From the NCBI GenBank assembly GCA_963692915.1, contig OY843584.1, positions 480,001 to 544,000 of the forward strand: a stretch of 64,000 nucleotides of DNA, written 5' to 3'. The notes beneath the pieces were generated by a model that saw only the letters and a list, made by a program, of their open reading frames with translations, did no database searches and was not told the DNA's origin. Both the position numbers and the translations under genes were made by a program. Of this stretch, positions 29,736-39,529 are shown one piece after another (position 1 is the first letter of the stretch; every line of letters begins with the position of its first letter). The stretch comes from Cenarchaeum sp. (GTDB taxonomy: Archaea > Thermoproteota > Nitrososphaeria > Nitrososphaerales > Nitrosopumilaceae).

Positions 29736-29954
29736 CGCTAGGGCGTGGCCATCAGGGGCGCTGTTCCTGCATGGATCGTATGGGATTGAGGAGGCGATGG
29801 GGTCGTCTGTGGGATGCATGACTCGGGCTATGGTGCGCTACGGCACGTCTATCATGCTGATGGTATTTTCACAATTTTCAAGCTTTAACTTGCAATTTAA
29901 TATATAAAGTAATACTATCACCATATATTATCCTTCCTATTATGAGTTCCATGA

Positions 29955-30122
29955 TGCCTTGTACGAAAAGTAGTAGACTGGGCAGGAATGCCTGCCTGGC
30001 GCGGATCCAGGAGTCCACTGAGAAGCTCACACCTCGTCGCGTTCCTCGACGACGCGTCGCGGTGCGTCACGGGGTTTGGCGTGTTTGCCGAGGCCGCCTC
30101 TGCCAACACTGCGCTCGTGCTG
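29955..30122 (+). pseudogene. Internally deleted IS481 derivative
   Basis: Left TIR tgccttgtacgaaaagtagtagactgggcaggaatg, then a jump at about 30025 to sequence matching 27601-27700 (SHLVAFLDDASRCVTGFGVFAEA). No right TIR seen. Confidence 0.85.
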
Positions 30123-30390
30123 TACCGCGAGATCGGGGAGGTTCGGCGTGTCGGGACAGGTGCTCTCTGACCACTGGTGAACACCTGACTCATATATTGA
30201 TGGTCTTGCTATTTGCCACTTTTGCTAGCAGTTCCCTCGCATCGCCTCAAATGCGCTCAAATTACGCCGGACAGGTACACGCTCAACACTTGATAGAGCT
30301 GTCCTGCTTGCCCTGGGCACGGAGGTTCACAAGTTTTTGCATGGTGCGATTGTGGGCTTTGACCTGCCATGGGACGTGCATTCCGGGGCA

Positions 30391-30924
30391 TTACGTGCGT
30401 GGGCTTGCGAGCCCATGATCCTGCAGCACACCGGCAATTCCCGATGCGTCATCGAGGCGCGCATAGTCTGCGAGGAGGGACTCGTTTAGCTCGTAAAACG
30501 TGTGACCCCAGGCAAACCGGGCGAGTATGTCCTGCGCCCGTGTGGTCTCTCCCAGGATAAAGAGTGCTGCGGCCATGGCCTCAGCCGTGGTGAGAACCCC
30601 GATCCTGGAATAGTTTACGGGATTTCCGGCCATCAGCGGCGGGAGGCTCTTGCGCAATGCCATTGGGGCAGACGCAAAGACGCCGTCGGCGAGGCGCCAT
30701 GAGCAGTCTATGGCCGTTATAGATCCGGTTGAGCGCGCATCACCACGCAGCAGGACGCTCTCCGAGTATGGATCCAGCACAACAGCGCCGCTGCTGCGAG
30801 GTGCGCGGCGTACGCCTCGCGCAATGCCGAGGCGAACCATCTTGGCAGCAGTGCACTTTTTTGGATCGTCTTGGCGCATGAGAACTACCCCAAGGCGCAC
30901 TCGCCGCAGTTGGCCACGTGGCAT
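30391..30924 (-). CDS. tsr3: 16S rRNA aminocarboxypropyltransferase Tsr3 (DUF367)
   Basis: QDDPKKCT..K, IDCSW, LPPLMAGNPVNY, LTTAEAMAAAL, F.WGHTF.ELN. Confidence 0.9.
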   Translation of the reverse strand: MPRGQLRRVRLGVVLMRQDDPKKCTAAKMVRLGIARGVRRAPRSSGAVVLDPYSESVLLRGDARSTGSITAIDCSWRLADGVFASAPMALRKSLPPLMAGNPVNYSRIGVLTTAEAMAAALFILGETTRAQDILARFAWGHTFYELNESLLADYARLDDASGIAGVLQDHGLASPRT

Positions 30925-30925
30925 G

Positions 30926-33900
30926 TCAGGGCGTCTGGGTCGTGTAGACGACCTTGTGCGTGAGCGTCGCGTCGCCAGAATCGCCTGCCTCGACTGTCCA
31001 CTCTGAGTCTGGCAGCGAGCCCCCGCGCTCCATTGGTATGACGGTGAGCCTCACCGGATCGGATCCGTCGCCGCTGTACCTGACGCCAAAGTCATGTGTC
31101 CCTATGCTGACCGTGCGGTATAGCGATCCTGCAGTCCTTGTTGACCCATCGACTAGGCATCCTGCAGCCGATCCAACGACGCATGTTTTGTCCCCGTGCG
31201 TGAGGCTCAGCGAGGCGCCAGTTCCTGCCTGTGCCTGCAGGGTCGCAGCTATCGAGCGCGGCAGGAGGATCGCCCCGCCCACCTCGCGCGCCGCAACCGA
31301 GATCGACGCAATAGTCCCGTCAGCATCGTGCTCCTCGACTATGCGCCGCGGCGGCTCGGAGCTAATTCCGGCATCAGAGGGCTCGGCAAGGCTGACATTC
31401 GTCGCCCTGATGCTCGTGGGCACCTCCCCGACATAGAACGTATCGCGCGCCTTGTTTCCAATGTACGTGGCAGTCACGACATATGCGCCATCGGCGTATA
31501 TGCCCGGCGTCATCCTCTCGCTTATCCCAAACTCGCCTGACCTGTCTGGCGTTACAAACGTCTCGTTGCGCACGTTGCGCGGGTTGCTTGCATCGGCTAT
31601 GACCACCCTCACCTGGTCATTGGCCGGATGGGAGTAGGTGCCCCTCGACTCGGGCACATCTGCCGTGCCCGTTATCGTGACCACCGAGCCCCGCTCGTGT
31701 GAGTCGCCCTCGACATTGATCGTCACTGGCAGCCGATCCTCGTCGCCGCCTTCGGCCTCCCCAACCCTAAAGACAAGCTCACGCGCCTCGTTTGTAGATG
31801 CGACTGTGAGGAGGTATGGCCCAATGTTGGCCTCATGCTTCTCCGTCGGCGTCTGCCATTCCCACTCGTATGTCCCGTCATCGGCTACCTCTACTGATGA
31901 TGATATGCTCTTGCCGTTGGGTCTTAGGATCGTCACGTCTAGTGTGCGCACGTCGACTATTGCAGACGTCAGGCCCGTGAGGATCACGCTGTCGCCAAAC
32001 GCGAACGCCTTGCGCTCAAGCTCTGCGGTAAAGTGTGCGCCCTCTAGGTCGCGCGGGTCACTTATGATAACCGTCGTAGTCGCAGAGTGCACAGGCTTGT
32101 TTGAGATCGCCTTTGTGTGGTATGTGCCCACAAAGTCGTACTCTATACTGGACTCTGTCCTATCGCCAACCGTGTTCTCCCTGACCGAGCCGAGGACGGA
32201 CTCTACTGTGCCGCGAATGTACATTGCAGTCACCCTGTACTCGCCGGGCTCAAAGACGCCGCGCTCCACAGAGTTTGTCACATAATAGTTGCCGGCCGCA
32301 TCAGGCGAGGCGGACAGGAGGAGGGCGTCTGAGGGATCCGCGCCTTCTGCGAGGAACCTGACTATGACGATCGCCGTTTGATACAGCGGGTCGAGCTCGC
32401 CTAGTGCGCCAGTGACTATGAACTTGCTGCCTATGTCGTACGAATCGGCGTCCATGCGTATGGAGAACTCGCTATCGGTGTGCAGCTCGGGGTCTTCCAC
32501 AACGCGAAATGACGTCGATGCCAAGAGTGGTCCGTCTGTGGCCTCGACTGTATAGCGGCCAATCCTGACAGGGTCATCTGGTATGGAAAACTCGTGGCCA
32601 AACCGGCCATCAGGCATTGGCCTTAGCTGCTTGAACACGACAAACTTTGGCGCCGGCGTGACTGCGGTATTCTGTATCTGCTCGATGTTCAGCGTCACCG
32701 TGTCGGCCCACACCTTGTTGACCCTGCCGTCGATCCTCACGGTGTCGCCAATCCCATAGACGGCGCTGTCTGGCGCAAGCGATATGTCGGTGTCCTCCTT
32801 TATGTCCTTGTCTAGCGCAAATGCCGTCGATGCCGCAAGCGTGCCGTACTTGCCCACTATCGAGTAGGAGCCGTACACGGGCTTGATCGTGCTCATATAG
32901 ATCGTACCGGCAAACTGTTCCCCGTCTGTCCCAACGCCGCCATGCACGGAGTCTCGCTGCACGCCACTAGGAAACAGCACGCCCTTGTCGATCACCGTTC
33001 CCCTGGGGTTGATGACATCGTACTCGAGGCCCTCTAGCGCAAAGGTCTGGCTTGACACGGCAAGCACGCTGACCTTGTCACCGGGCAGGTATGACTCGGC
33101 GTCGGTCCGCATGGCGAGCCCCTTGATGATCTCCTCGGGTTCTGGCTCGGGCTCGCCACTCACCACGGTAAACGACGTTGCAGCGGTGCTCCCAACGTAC
33201 TTTGCCACGACATCATAGGCCCCAAGTCCTGTCCCGAGTGCCTCGCGCAGCTTTATGCTCGTCTCGTACCGGAGATCCTCTCCGGGAGTTAATGATGTCA
33301 CGCTCGTATAGTCTGTTCCTTCGACCGTTATCCTTACGTGCGCAGGCAAAAAGAACGCCGTTGACTCGGGGCGAATTCCGCCGACACTTCCGCTTATCGT
33401 CACCGTCTCACCGGACTCATACATCTCCTTGTTTGTGGACACGTGAATGGAGATCGTCTCAGGCGCCTCGCGCTCATTGGACTTTCCGTTGGACATCCCG
33501 CGCGTGTATATGTCAAAGTGCCAGTCACTGCGCGAGTCGGTGTCAAGGGCATCGTACTTTCGCTGCCATGTGTCAAGGTTGTCCTCAACGTCAATGAGTT
33601 GTGGCGTTTCATCCACTACCTCCCCCTGCAGGTTGCGCAGTATGGCCGACTCGGCAACGTTGACAAACCACTCGCCGGTTCTTGTGAACGTGAAGAACTG
33701 CTCTGGCCGAAGCACGACGCCGGATGGAATGGTGGTTGTCGTTTGCGTGACGCCAGAAGTCACGGTCCAGCCCCCGACGTCCACATTGGAGGACGTTGGG
33801 TTGTATATCTCCACCCACTCAAACGTGTTAAACCCGTCCTCGCCAAACGGGTTGATCTCGATCTCGTTGATCACAATGCGTTTCTCGTCATCTCTTGCCA

Positions 33901-34150
33901 TGGCTGCAGTCTCTGCGATATCCTGCATGGAGTCATCCTCGCCCTCGTGCGTGTGCTCTTCTTCACCCTCGTGCGTGTGCGGTTCTGAGTCGCCTTCATG
34001 CGTGTGCGGCTCTGCATCGCCTTGTTCCATGGCCATGCCAGGATCCGCAAGCTCGGCTGCCGGCTGCCCTGCATCTTCCTGGGCGAATGCTGATGGTGCA
34101 GCTAGCGCAATGGCTAGAGCCACCATGGACATGAGGGCTGCCGGTGTCAT
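30926..34150 (-). CDS. Large secreted/surface protein with His-rich N-terminus, lamin-tail-like domain and repeated beta-sandwich modules
   Basis: Signal peptide ending SAFAQ, HTHEG x3, IVINEIEINP...EWVEIYNP...DVGGW (LTD), repeated Y..G..V.I.G modules. Confidence 0.8.
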   Translation of the reverse strand: MTPAALMSMVALAIALAAPSAFAQEDAGQPAAELADPGMAMEQGDAEPHTHEGDSEPHTHEGEEEHTHEGEDDSMQDIAETAAMARDDEKRIVINEIEINPFGEDGFNTFEWVEIYNPTSSNVDVGGWTVTSGVTQTTTTIPSGVVLRPEQFFTFTRTGEWFVNVAESAILRNLQGEVVDETPQLIDVEDNLDTWQRKYDALDTDSRSDWHFDIYTRGMSNGKSNEREAPETISIHVSTNKEMYESGETVTISGSVGGIRPESTAFFLPAHVRITVEGTDYTSVTSLTPGEDLRYETSIKLREALGTGLGAYDVVAKYVGSTAATSFTVVSGEPEPEPEEIIKGLAMRTDAESYLPGDKVSVLAVSSQTFALEGLEYDVINPRGTVIDKGVLFPSGVQRDSVHGGVGTDGEQFAGTIYMSTIKPVYGSYSIVGKYGTLAASTAFALDKDIKEDTDISLAPDSAVYGIGDTVRIDGRVNKVWADTVTLNIEQIQNTAVTPAPKFVVFKQLRPMPDGRFGHEFSIPDDPVRIGRYTVEATDGPLLASTSFRVVEDPELHTDSEFSIRMDADSYDIGSKFIVTGALGELDPLYQTAIVIVRFLAEGADPSDALLLSASPDAAGNYYVTNSVERGVFEPGEYRVTAMYIRGTVESVLGSVRENTVGDRTESSIEYDFVGTYHTKAISNKPVHSATTTVIISDPRDLEGAHFTAELERKAFAFGDSVILTGLTSAIVDVRTLDVTILRPNGKSISSSVEVADDGTYEWEWQTPTEKHEANIGPYLLTVASTNEARELVFRVGEAEGGDEDRLPVTINVEGDSHERGSVVTITGTADVPESRGTYSHPANDQVRVVIADASNPRNVRNETFVTPDRSGEFGISERMTPGIYADGAYVVTATYIGNKARDTFYVGEVPTSIRATNVSLAEPSDAGISSEPPRRIVEEHDADGTIASISVAAREVGGAILLPRSIAATLQAQAGTGASLSLTHGDKTCVVGSAAGCLVDGSTRTAGSLYRTVSIGTHDFGVRYSGDGSDPVRLTVIPMERGGSLPDSEWTVEAGDSGDATLTHKVVYTTQTP

Positions 34151-34376
34151 GTGTGCTCGATTTCTGTGATCAGGTATATAACCCTTAGAGCGTCTCCTCG
34201 CCTAGTATGCCACTGTGGTGTTGTGGGAGCTCTAGGGTCTTGAGTGTCCCGCGCACGCGGGGCTCTGTCCGGTCGGCAACAATAATAACGCAGGGCACGC
34301 GCGCAACACGCATGAGAGAGCGCAGCGTCACCGGTGCGTGCACGCTTGCGGCTCACGCGCGGATGGTGTGCTTCGC

Positions 34377-35969
34377 GTGACAAAGCTCATTTTTGTGACA
34401 GGCGGTGTGATGTCTGGCCTCGGCAAGGGTGTCGTCTCCTCCTCTATTGCCAAGCTCCTGCAACTCTCAGACCAGCGTGTCTCGTGCATAAAGATCGATC
34501 CATACCTAAACTATGACGCCGGCACGATGAACCCTGTGGCCCATGGGGAAGTCTTTGTGACCGAGGATGGCGGTGAGTGCGACATGGACATCGGCAACTA
34601 TGAGCGCTTTCTCAATCAGAACATGACAAAGTCACACAACATCACGACATCGCAGGTGTACTCGTCCGTGATGGAAAAAGAGCGGCGAGGAGACTATCTT
34701 GGCGCATGCGTCCAGATAATACCACATATCACAGACGAGATAAAGTCGCGCATACGAGGGACGGCCGAGGACGAGTCACTTGACATGCTAGTTGTGGAGT
34801 GTGGCGGAACGGTTGGGGACATTGAGAGCCTGCCATTTCTTGAGGCCTTGCGGCAGATACGTGTGGAGGACGGCCCGCAGAATGTCGCCTTTGTTCATGT
34901 CACGCTTGCACCGTCGCTTGACGCCGTGGGGGAGCAAAAGACAAAGCCAACACAACACAGCGTGCAGGAGCTTCGACGCATAGGCATACAGCCGGACTAT
35001 GTGGCCGTCCGGTGTGAACAGCCACTCGAGGATTCTACAAGGAAAAAGATTGCGCTTTTCACCAACGTTCCGGAGGGTGATGTCCTCTCGTGCCACGACG
35101 TAAAAACGATATTTCGTGTGCCGCACGAGCTGTATGGCCAGGGCATTGTGGACTCTATGTTCAAAAAGTTTGGCAAGGTTGGCCTCGTTAACACGTCTGG
35201 CCTCTGGTCAAGCTGGTCGTCCATCGTCGACTCACTTGAGCCACAGGGCGATGCTGTCCGAATAGCCATGGTTGGCAAGTATGTCACGCTTGCTGACAGC
35301 TATGTCAGCGTAAACCACGCGCTCCGCCACGCCGGCGCAGCCATAGGCCGCAAGGTCGAGATTAAGTGGATTGACTCCGAGACGCTCGGCGAGGGCTCGC
35401 TTGGCGGATATGGCGGGATAATCGTGCCTGGCGGGTTTGGGACGCGAGGGGCCGAGGGGATAATCGCGGCCGCCGAGCACGCGCGCCTCACAGACACGCC
35501 ATACCTCGGGATATGCTTTGGGTTCCAGCTTGCAGCAGTGGCCTTTGCGCGCGGCGCGTGCGGAATCGACGGCGCGACGTCCACGGAGCTCGACGAGTCC
35601 GCCGCCGAGCCAGTAGTTGGCCTGCTCCCCGAACAGCGTGACGTGGACGGCATGGGCGGCTCGCTGCGGCTCGGTGCCCACGAGATCGAGCTCACAGCCG
35701 GCTCGCGCGCCGAGTCGATATACGAGACGGGTGCCATATCGAGGCGCCACCGACACCGCTACGAGTTCACCCTGGACTATCGCGAGCGTTTTGCTCAGGC
35801 TGGCATGGTCTTTAGCGGCCAGAGCGACTCTGGCAGGCGCATGGAGATCCTCGAGATACCAAAGCACAAGTTCTTCGTCGGCGTGCAGTTCCATCCGGAA
35901 TTTAGCAGCAGGCCGGGCGCTCCAGAGGGCGCATTTGGCGCCTTTGTTGCAGCCGCAGCCGGCGCCTAG
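34377..35969 (+). CDS. pyrG: CTP synthase
   Basis: [30 protein letters not shown], glutaminase GICFGFQ, RHRHRYE, QFHPEF. Confidence 0.97.
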   Translation: MTKLIFVTGGVMSGLGKGVVSSSIAKLLQLSDQRVSCIKIDPYLNYDAGTMNPVAHGEVFVTEDGGECDMDIGNYERFLNQNMTKSHNITTSQVYSSVMEKERRGDYLGACVQIIPHITDEIKSRIRGTAEDESLDMLVVECGGTVGDIESLPFLEALRQIRVEDGPQNVAFVHVTLAPSLDAVGEQKTKPTQHSVQELRRIGIQPDYVAVRCEQPLEDSTRKKIALFTNVPEGDVLSCHDVKTIFRVPHELYGQGIVDSMFKKFGKVGLVNTSGLWSSWSSIVDSLEPQGDAVRIAMVGKYVTLADSYVSVNHALRHAGAAIGRKVEIKWIDSETLGEGSLGGYGGIIVPGGFGTRGAEGIIAAAEHARLTDTPYLGICFGFQLAAVAFARGACGIDGATSTELDESAAEPVVGLLPEQRDVDGMGGSLRLGAHEIELTAGSRAESIYETGAISRRHRHRYEFTLDYRERFAQAGMVFSGQSDSGRRMEILEIPKHKFFVGVQFHPEFSSRPGAPEGAFGAFVAAAAGA

Positions 35970-36970
35970 GGTGTGTGGGCGAGCTCGTAGAGTCTCTGTC
36001 TAGAGTCCCTGTCTGAGACGCGCCTGTTTACGTGACCGTTGTCGATTAGGTTCCTTAGGGCAAAACGCATAGTGCGCGCCGGCAGCATGGTTCTAGACGA
36101 TATTTCACGCAGCGTCATCGGCGTGCCTCCGTATTCCAGCGCCTTTAGGATTAGTTTTGCGCTCGGCGACATCTTTAGCAGGTCCCCGGCGAGATCAACC
36201 TTTTTTGCGAGGCCAGACATTGCAGATATTGCAGTGCCCATGCGCACAATGTTTGCAGTGTGGTCCATCCTTGTGCATTTCACCCTCTCCTTGACGGCAA
36301 GGCGGTCGATGCCGTCAAGGACAACCTCGCAGTGCGTCTTTGAGGATATTCCAACTATCTCTATTGCACTGGTGTCAGGAACTATGACGGGTCGCCGCGT
36401 CACGTCAAGCGAGTTTACTGAGACTATTCCAAAGGCGCGTGTGCTGGGAAATATCACCGGCCCACCAGCTGACATCGAGTATGCTGAGGAGCCCATGGGA
36501 GTTGCGATAATTATGCCATCACCGTTGTCGTGCCAGACCTCTTCGCCGTCGACCCTGAGCTCGTGCTCCATGAGCATCGCGCTCTTTGAGGCAAAGACGG
36601 CAACGTCGTTGAGCGCCGGATGCGCGCGCTTTCCGTCAATGCTCACCCCTATGCGCGGCATCGCATCAACGTCATACTTGTGCGCGGCAAGCCCGTCGAT
36701 GTGCGATCGCAGGCTCTTGACGTCAAGGCTTGCTAGGAGCCCGGCGGACTCGCCCTCGCCCAGGCCGAGCACGGGAACCTCGGAGAGCGGCCTGTCATGA
36801 AAGTAGGCGCGCACGCCCCTGTCGCCGCCTAGGACGATTACAATGTCAGCACCGTCAACGCCTGTCTTTCGTGCCCCAATGGTGAATGCGTCAATGCCGC
36901 CCCACTGCAGCTCGCCGACTATGGCCTTGGGCGTCGTGCGCGTGCCCTGGCCGTATACCCCAACCCTCAT
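35966..36970 (-). CDS. NAD kinase-family protein with C-terminal winged HTH
   Basis: VLGGDRG, ALND, DG.IIATPMGSSAYSMSAGGP. C-terminal PSAKLILKALEY...EIS.RT.LP.RT.RFAL..L wHTH. Confidence 0.8.
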   Translation of the reverse strand: MRVGVYGQGTRTTPKAIVGELQWGGIDAFTIGARKTGVDGADIVIVLGGDRGVRAYFHDRPLSEVPVLGLGEGESAGLLASLDVKSLRSHIDGLAAHKYDVDAMPRIGVSIDGKRAHPALNDVAVFASKSAMLMEHELRVDGEEVWHDNGDGIIIATPMGSSAYSMSAGGPVIFPSTRAFGIVSVNSLDVTRRPVIVPDTSAIEIVGISSKTHCEVVLDGIDRLAVKERVKCTRMDHTANIVRMGTAISAMSGLAKKVDLAGDLLKMSPSAKLILKALEYGGTPMTLREISSRTMLPARTMRFALRNLIDNGHVNRRVSDRDSRQRLYELAHTP

Positions 36971-37177
36971 CTGGACGCAGCGCCGTGGCGTGGGTGGTAT
37001 ATTTGGATCCCGCACCCATGCCGGCATGGGCATGGCTCTTGCCCCGTGGCCTGCTCGGGTGCATGCTGCGCTGCGCCTGGGCACCCCTGCGCTGCGCCCT
37101 CGTGGGGGCGTGCCATTGCCCACGTGGCGCATCTACACATAATAACTCGCGTCCCGGCGCGCACGGCGTTGTCCACG

Positions 37178-38467
37178 GTGTCTGAGACGCACATTCCGCT
37201 CCTGGACCTGATGGCTCGCACGCGCGCCGAGACGATGTCACTCGTCTCTGCGCTTGAGCCTGATGACCTTGTGGTCCAGACTGCGCCGTACACGAGTCCG
37301 CCAAAGTGGCACGTGGGGCATGTCAGTTGGGTCTTTGAGATGGTCATGCGCAAGCTCTACTCTACCTATGCGCAAACGCCGATGGCCGAGTCGCCATACC
37401 TCAACTCGTACTATCAACAGGCCGGCAGCCCGCACCCAAAGGCCGAGCGCGGCGCAGTCTCGCGACCCACGGCACGCGAGCTCCTCGACTATCATGCAGA
37501 GGTGACGCGCCGGCTGGACAATGTCATGCACGACCGCGCTGGCGGAGCCGAGGCACAACGCCTTCTTGCTATGGCTGTTCATCACGAGTGCCAGCACCAG
37601 GAGCTCATGGTGTATGACCTTCAACACATGCTCGCCTCGGCATACGAGCCGGCATCGTGCACCGACCCGCCGGCGCCTGCGCCACACACACGCCCGCGCA
37701 GCGTACGCATCGGCGGCGGCACACGGCGCGTTGGCCACGACGGGCGCGGATACTCGTATGACATTGAGATGCCTGCGCACACGGTTCACCTTGATGACTA
37801 TGAGATTGATGTCTTTCCAGTGACATGCGGACAGTATGCTGAATTTGTCAATGACGGGGGCTATTCGGACTATCGCCACTGGCTCTCTGACGGGTGGGAC
37901 GCGGTGCAAGAGAACTCGTGGGAGGCGCCAATGTATTGGGAGCGCGACGGGGACTCGTGGACTGTCCATGACTTTGCCGGAAGGCGCACAATCGACGTGG
38001 ACGAGCCGGTCTGCTGTGTGAGCTATTACGAGGCCGACGCGTACTGCCGATGGGCCGGCAAGAGGCTTCCGACTGAGTTTGAGTGGGAGGTCGCCGCGTG
38101 CCATGATGCAGATGGCCACGCCATGGCGTTTCCGTGGGGCGACTCGCCGCCTGATGCGACACGCGCAAACCTCCTCGAGTCGCGTCTCTGGAGGCGCGCA
38201 AGGGTGGGCGCGTATCCTGCAGGCGCAAGCCCGTCAGGATGCGAGCAGATGATCGGCGATGTCTGGGAGTGGACAAGCTCCGAGTTTGCGCCATATCCGG
38301 GATTCCAGTCCGGATTTGACGAGTACAATGACAAGTGGTTTGGGGGTCAAAAGGTCCTGCGCGGCGGCTCGTCAGCCACGCCGGCAGCCTCAATCCGCCC
38401 CACATACCGCAACTTTTTCCGGCCTCAAGAGCGCTGGATGTTTGCGGGATTCCGCTGCGCGAGCTAG
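37178..38467 (+). CDS. egtB: Ergothioneine biosynthesis sulfoxide synthase EgtB
   Basis: SPPKWHVGH.SW.FE, NSYY, HHECQHQE iron ligands, FGE-like domain RLPTEFEWE, EYNDKW, RNFF...RW.F.GFR. Start uncertain (GTG 37178 or ATG 37211). Confidence 0.88.
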   Translation: MSETHIPLLDLMARTRAETMSLVSALEPDDLVVQTAPYTSPPKWHVGHVSWVFEMVMRKLYSTYAQTPMAESPYLNSYYQQAGSPHPKAERGAVSRPTARELLDYHAEVTRRLDNVMHDRAGGAEAQRLLAMAVHHECQHQELMVYDLQHMLASAYEPASCTDPPAPAPHTRPRSVRIGGGTRRVGHDGRGYSYDIEMPAHTVHLDDYEIDVFPVTCGQYAEFVNDGGYSDYRHWLSDGWDAVQENSWEAPMYWERDGDSWTVHDFAGRRTIDVDEPVCCVSYYEADAYCRWAGKRLPTEFEWEVAACHDADGHAMAFPWGDSPPDATRANLLESRLWRRARVGAYPAGASPSGCEQMIGDVWEWTSSEFAPYPGFQSGFDEYNDKWFGGQKVLRGGSSATPAASIRPTYRNFFRPQERWMFAGFRCAS

Positions 38468-39477
38468 CGTGAGCAGAGAACTAGCGCATAGTGGCGTGCC
38501 GAGTCGTTCCACGTGCGCCTTACGCGCAGGCCGGCGCCGGCGAGCATGCCGGCGATCCCCTCAGGCGTGTACTTGTGCGAATATTCGGTGAGGACAAGCT
38601 CCCCGCAGCGCAGGCTTATGCGCTTGCCGCACACCTCGATGTCCTGCATCTCAAGCGAGCGCAGGTACATCTCTATCCTGCGCTCTTCTGCATTGTACAC
38701 GACATGGTGCTTGAACTTTGAGACGTCAATGCTGCCGCCAAGCTCCGAGTTTATGCGATGGAGAAGGTTCAGGTTGAACTCTGCGGTGACACCAGAGGCG
38801 TCATCATATGCGGGCACGAGGGTTGACTCGGGCTTGTCCAGGTCGACTCCGATGAGCAGCATGTCATCATCACGCATCACTGATGCGATCGTTCCGAGGA
38901 ACGAGCGCGCCTCGTCATCGGCAAGGTTGCCTATGCTCGATCCGAGAAACGCAATCAGGGCGGGAGTGTCTCCGGAGGCGTGCGCTAGGCGCAAGCCATT
39001 CTCGTACGTGTCCTCCACGCCGACTATGCGCAGCCACGCGTACGCGTCAAGGAGTCCGCGCGAGCTGGACTCTAGCGTGCGCGAGACGTCTATTGGCGAG
39101 TACACGACATCGCCCTGTGCCTCGTTCATCCTCTCCAGGATTATCCTCGTCTTTGTCGACGAGCCGCTTCCAAGCTCTATCAGGCGGCAGCGTGGAGGCA
39201 GCATTGATGCCAGCTCGCCGCCGGCGCACTCTAGTATCTCAGTCTCGGCGCGCGTGAGATAGTATTCGGGCAGCGCGCATATCCTCTCAAATATCTCCGA
39301 GCCACGATCATCATACAGGAACCTCGCGTCTAGCCTCTTTTCCTGCTCACACAGGCCTCGCCTCGCGCAGTCGCCAAAGTCCGCAGCAGCGCCTCCATTC
39401 TGCGGCACATAGTACTCTAGCCTAGGGGACGGACTGCGCCTCTCATACGTCGTGCCATGGCCTGTCTCTGGATTCGT
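38464..39477 (-). CDS. egtD: L-histidine N-alpha-methyltransferase EgtD
   Basis: FLYDDRGSEIFERI..LPEYYLTRAE, IELGSGSSTKT, FLGSSIGN, GVDL.K, AYDDASGVTAEFNLN, TEYSHKY. Start uncertain (see findings). Confidence 0.9.
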   Translation of the reverse strand, partial: TNPETGHGTTYERRSPSPRLEYYVPQNGGAAADFGDCARRGLCEQEKRLDARFLYDDRGSEIFERICALPEYYLTRAETEILECAGGELASMLPPRCRLIELGSGSSTKTRIILERMNEAQGDVVYSPIDVSRTLESSSRGLLDAYAWLRIVGVEDTYENGLRLAHASGDTPALIAFLGSSIGNLADDEARSFLGTIASVMRDDDMLLIGVDLDKPESTLVPAYDDASGVTAEFNLNLLHRINSELGGSIDVSKFKHHVVYNAEERRIEMYLRSLEMQDIEVCGKRISLRCGELVLTEYSHKYTPEGIAGMLAGAGLRVRRTWNDSARHYALVLCSR

Positions 39478-39495
39478 GTGCGCCGCGCGCGGGGA

Positions 39496-39505
39496 TTTAC
39501 ATAAA
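39496..39505. promoter_or_regulatory. Putative bidirectional TATA element between egtD and the oligopeptide ATPase gene
   Basis: TTTACATAAA dyad about 25 bp from the oppF-like ATG (39530) and about 20-25 bp from the inferred egtD N-terminus. Confidence 0.5.
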
Positions 39506-39529
39506 TGCCTATTGCAACGGTGCCGGCCC

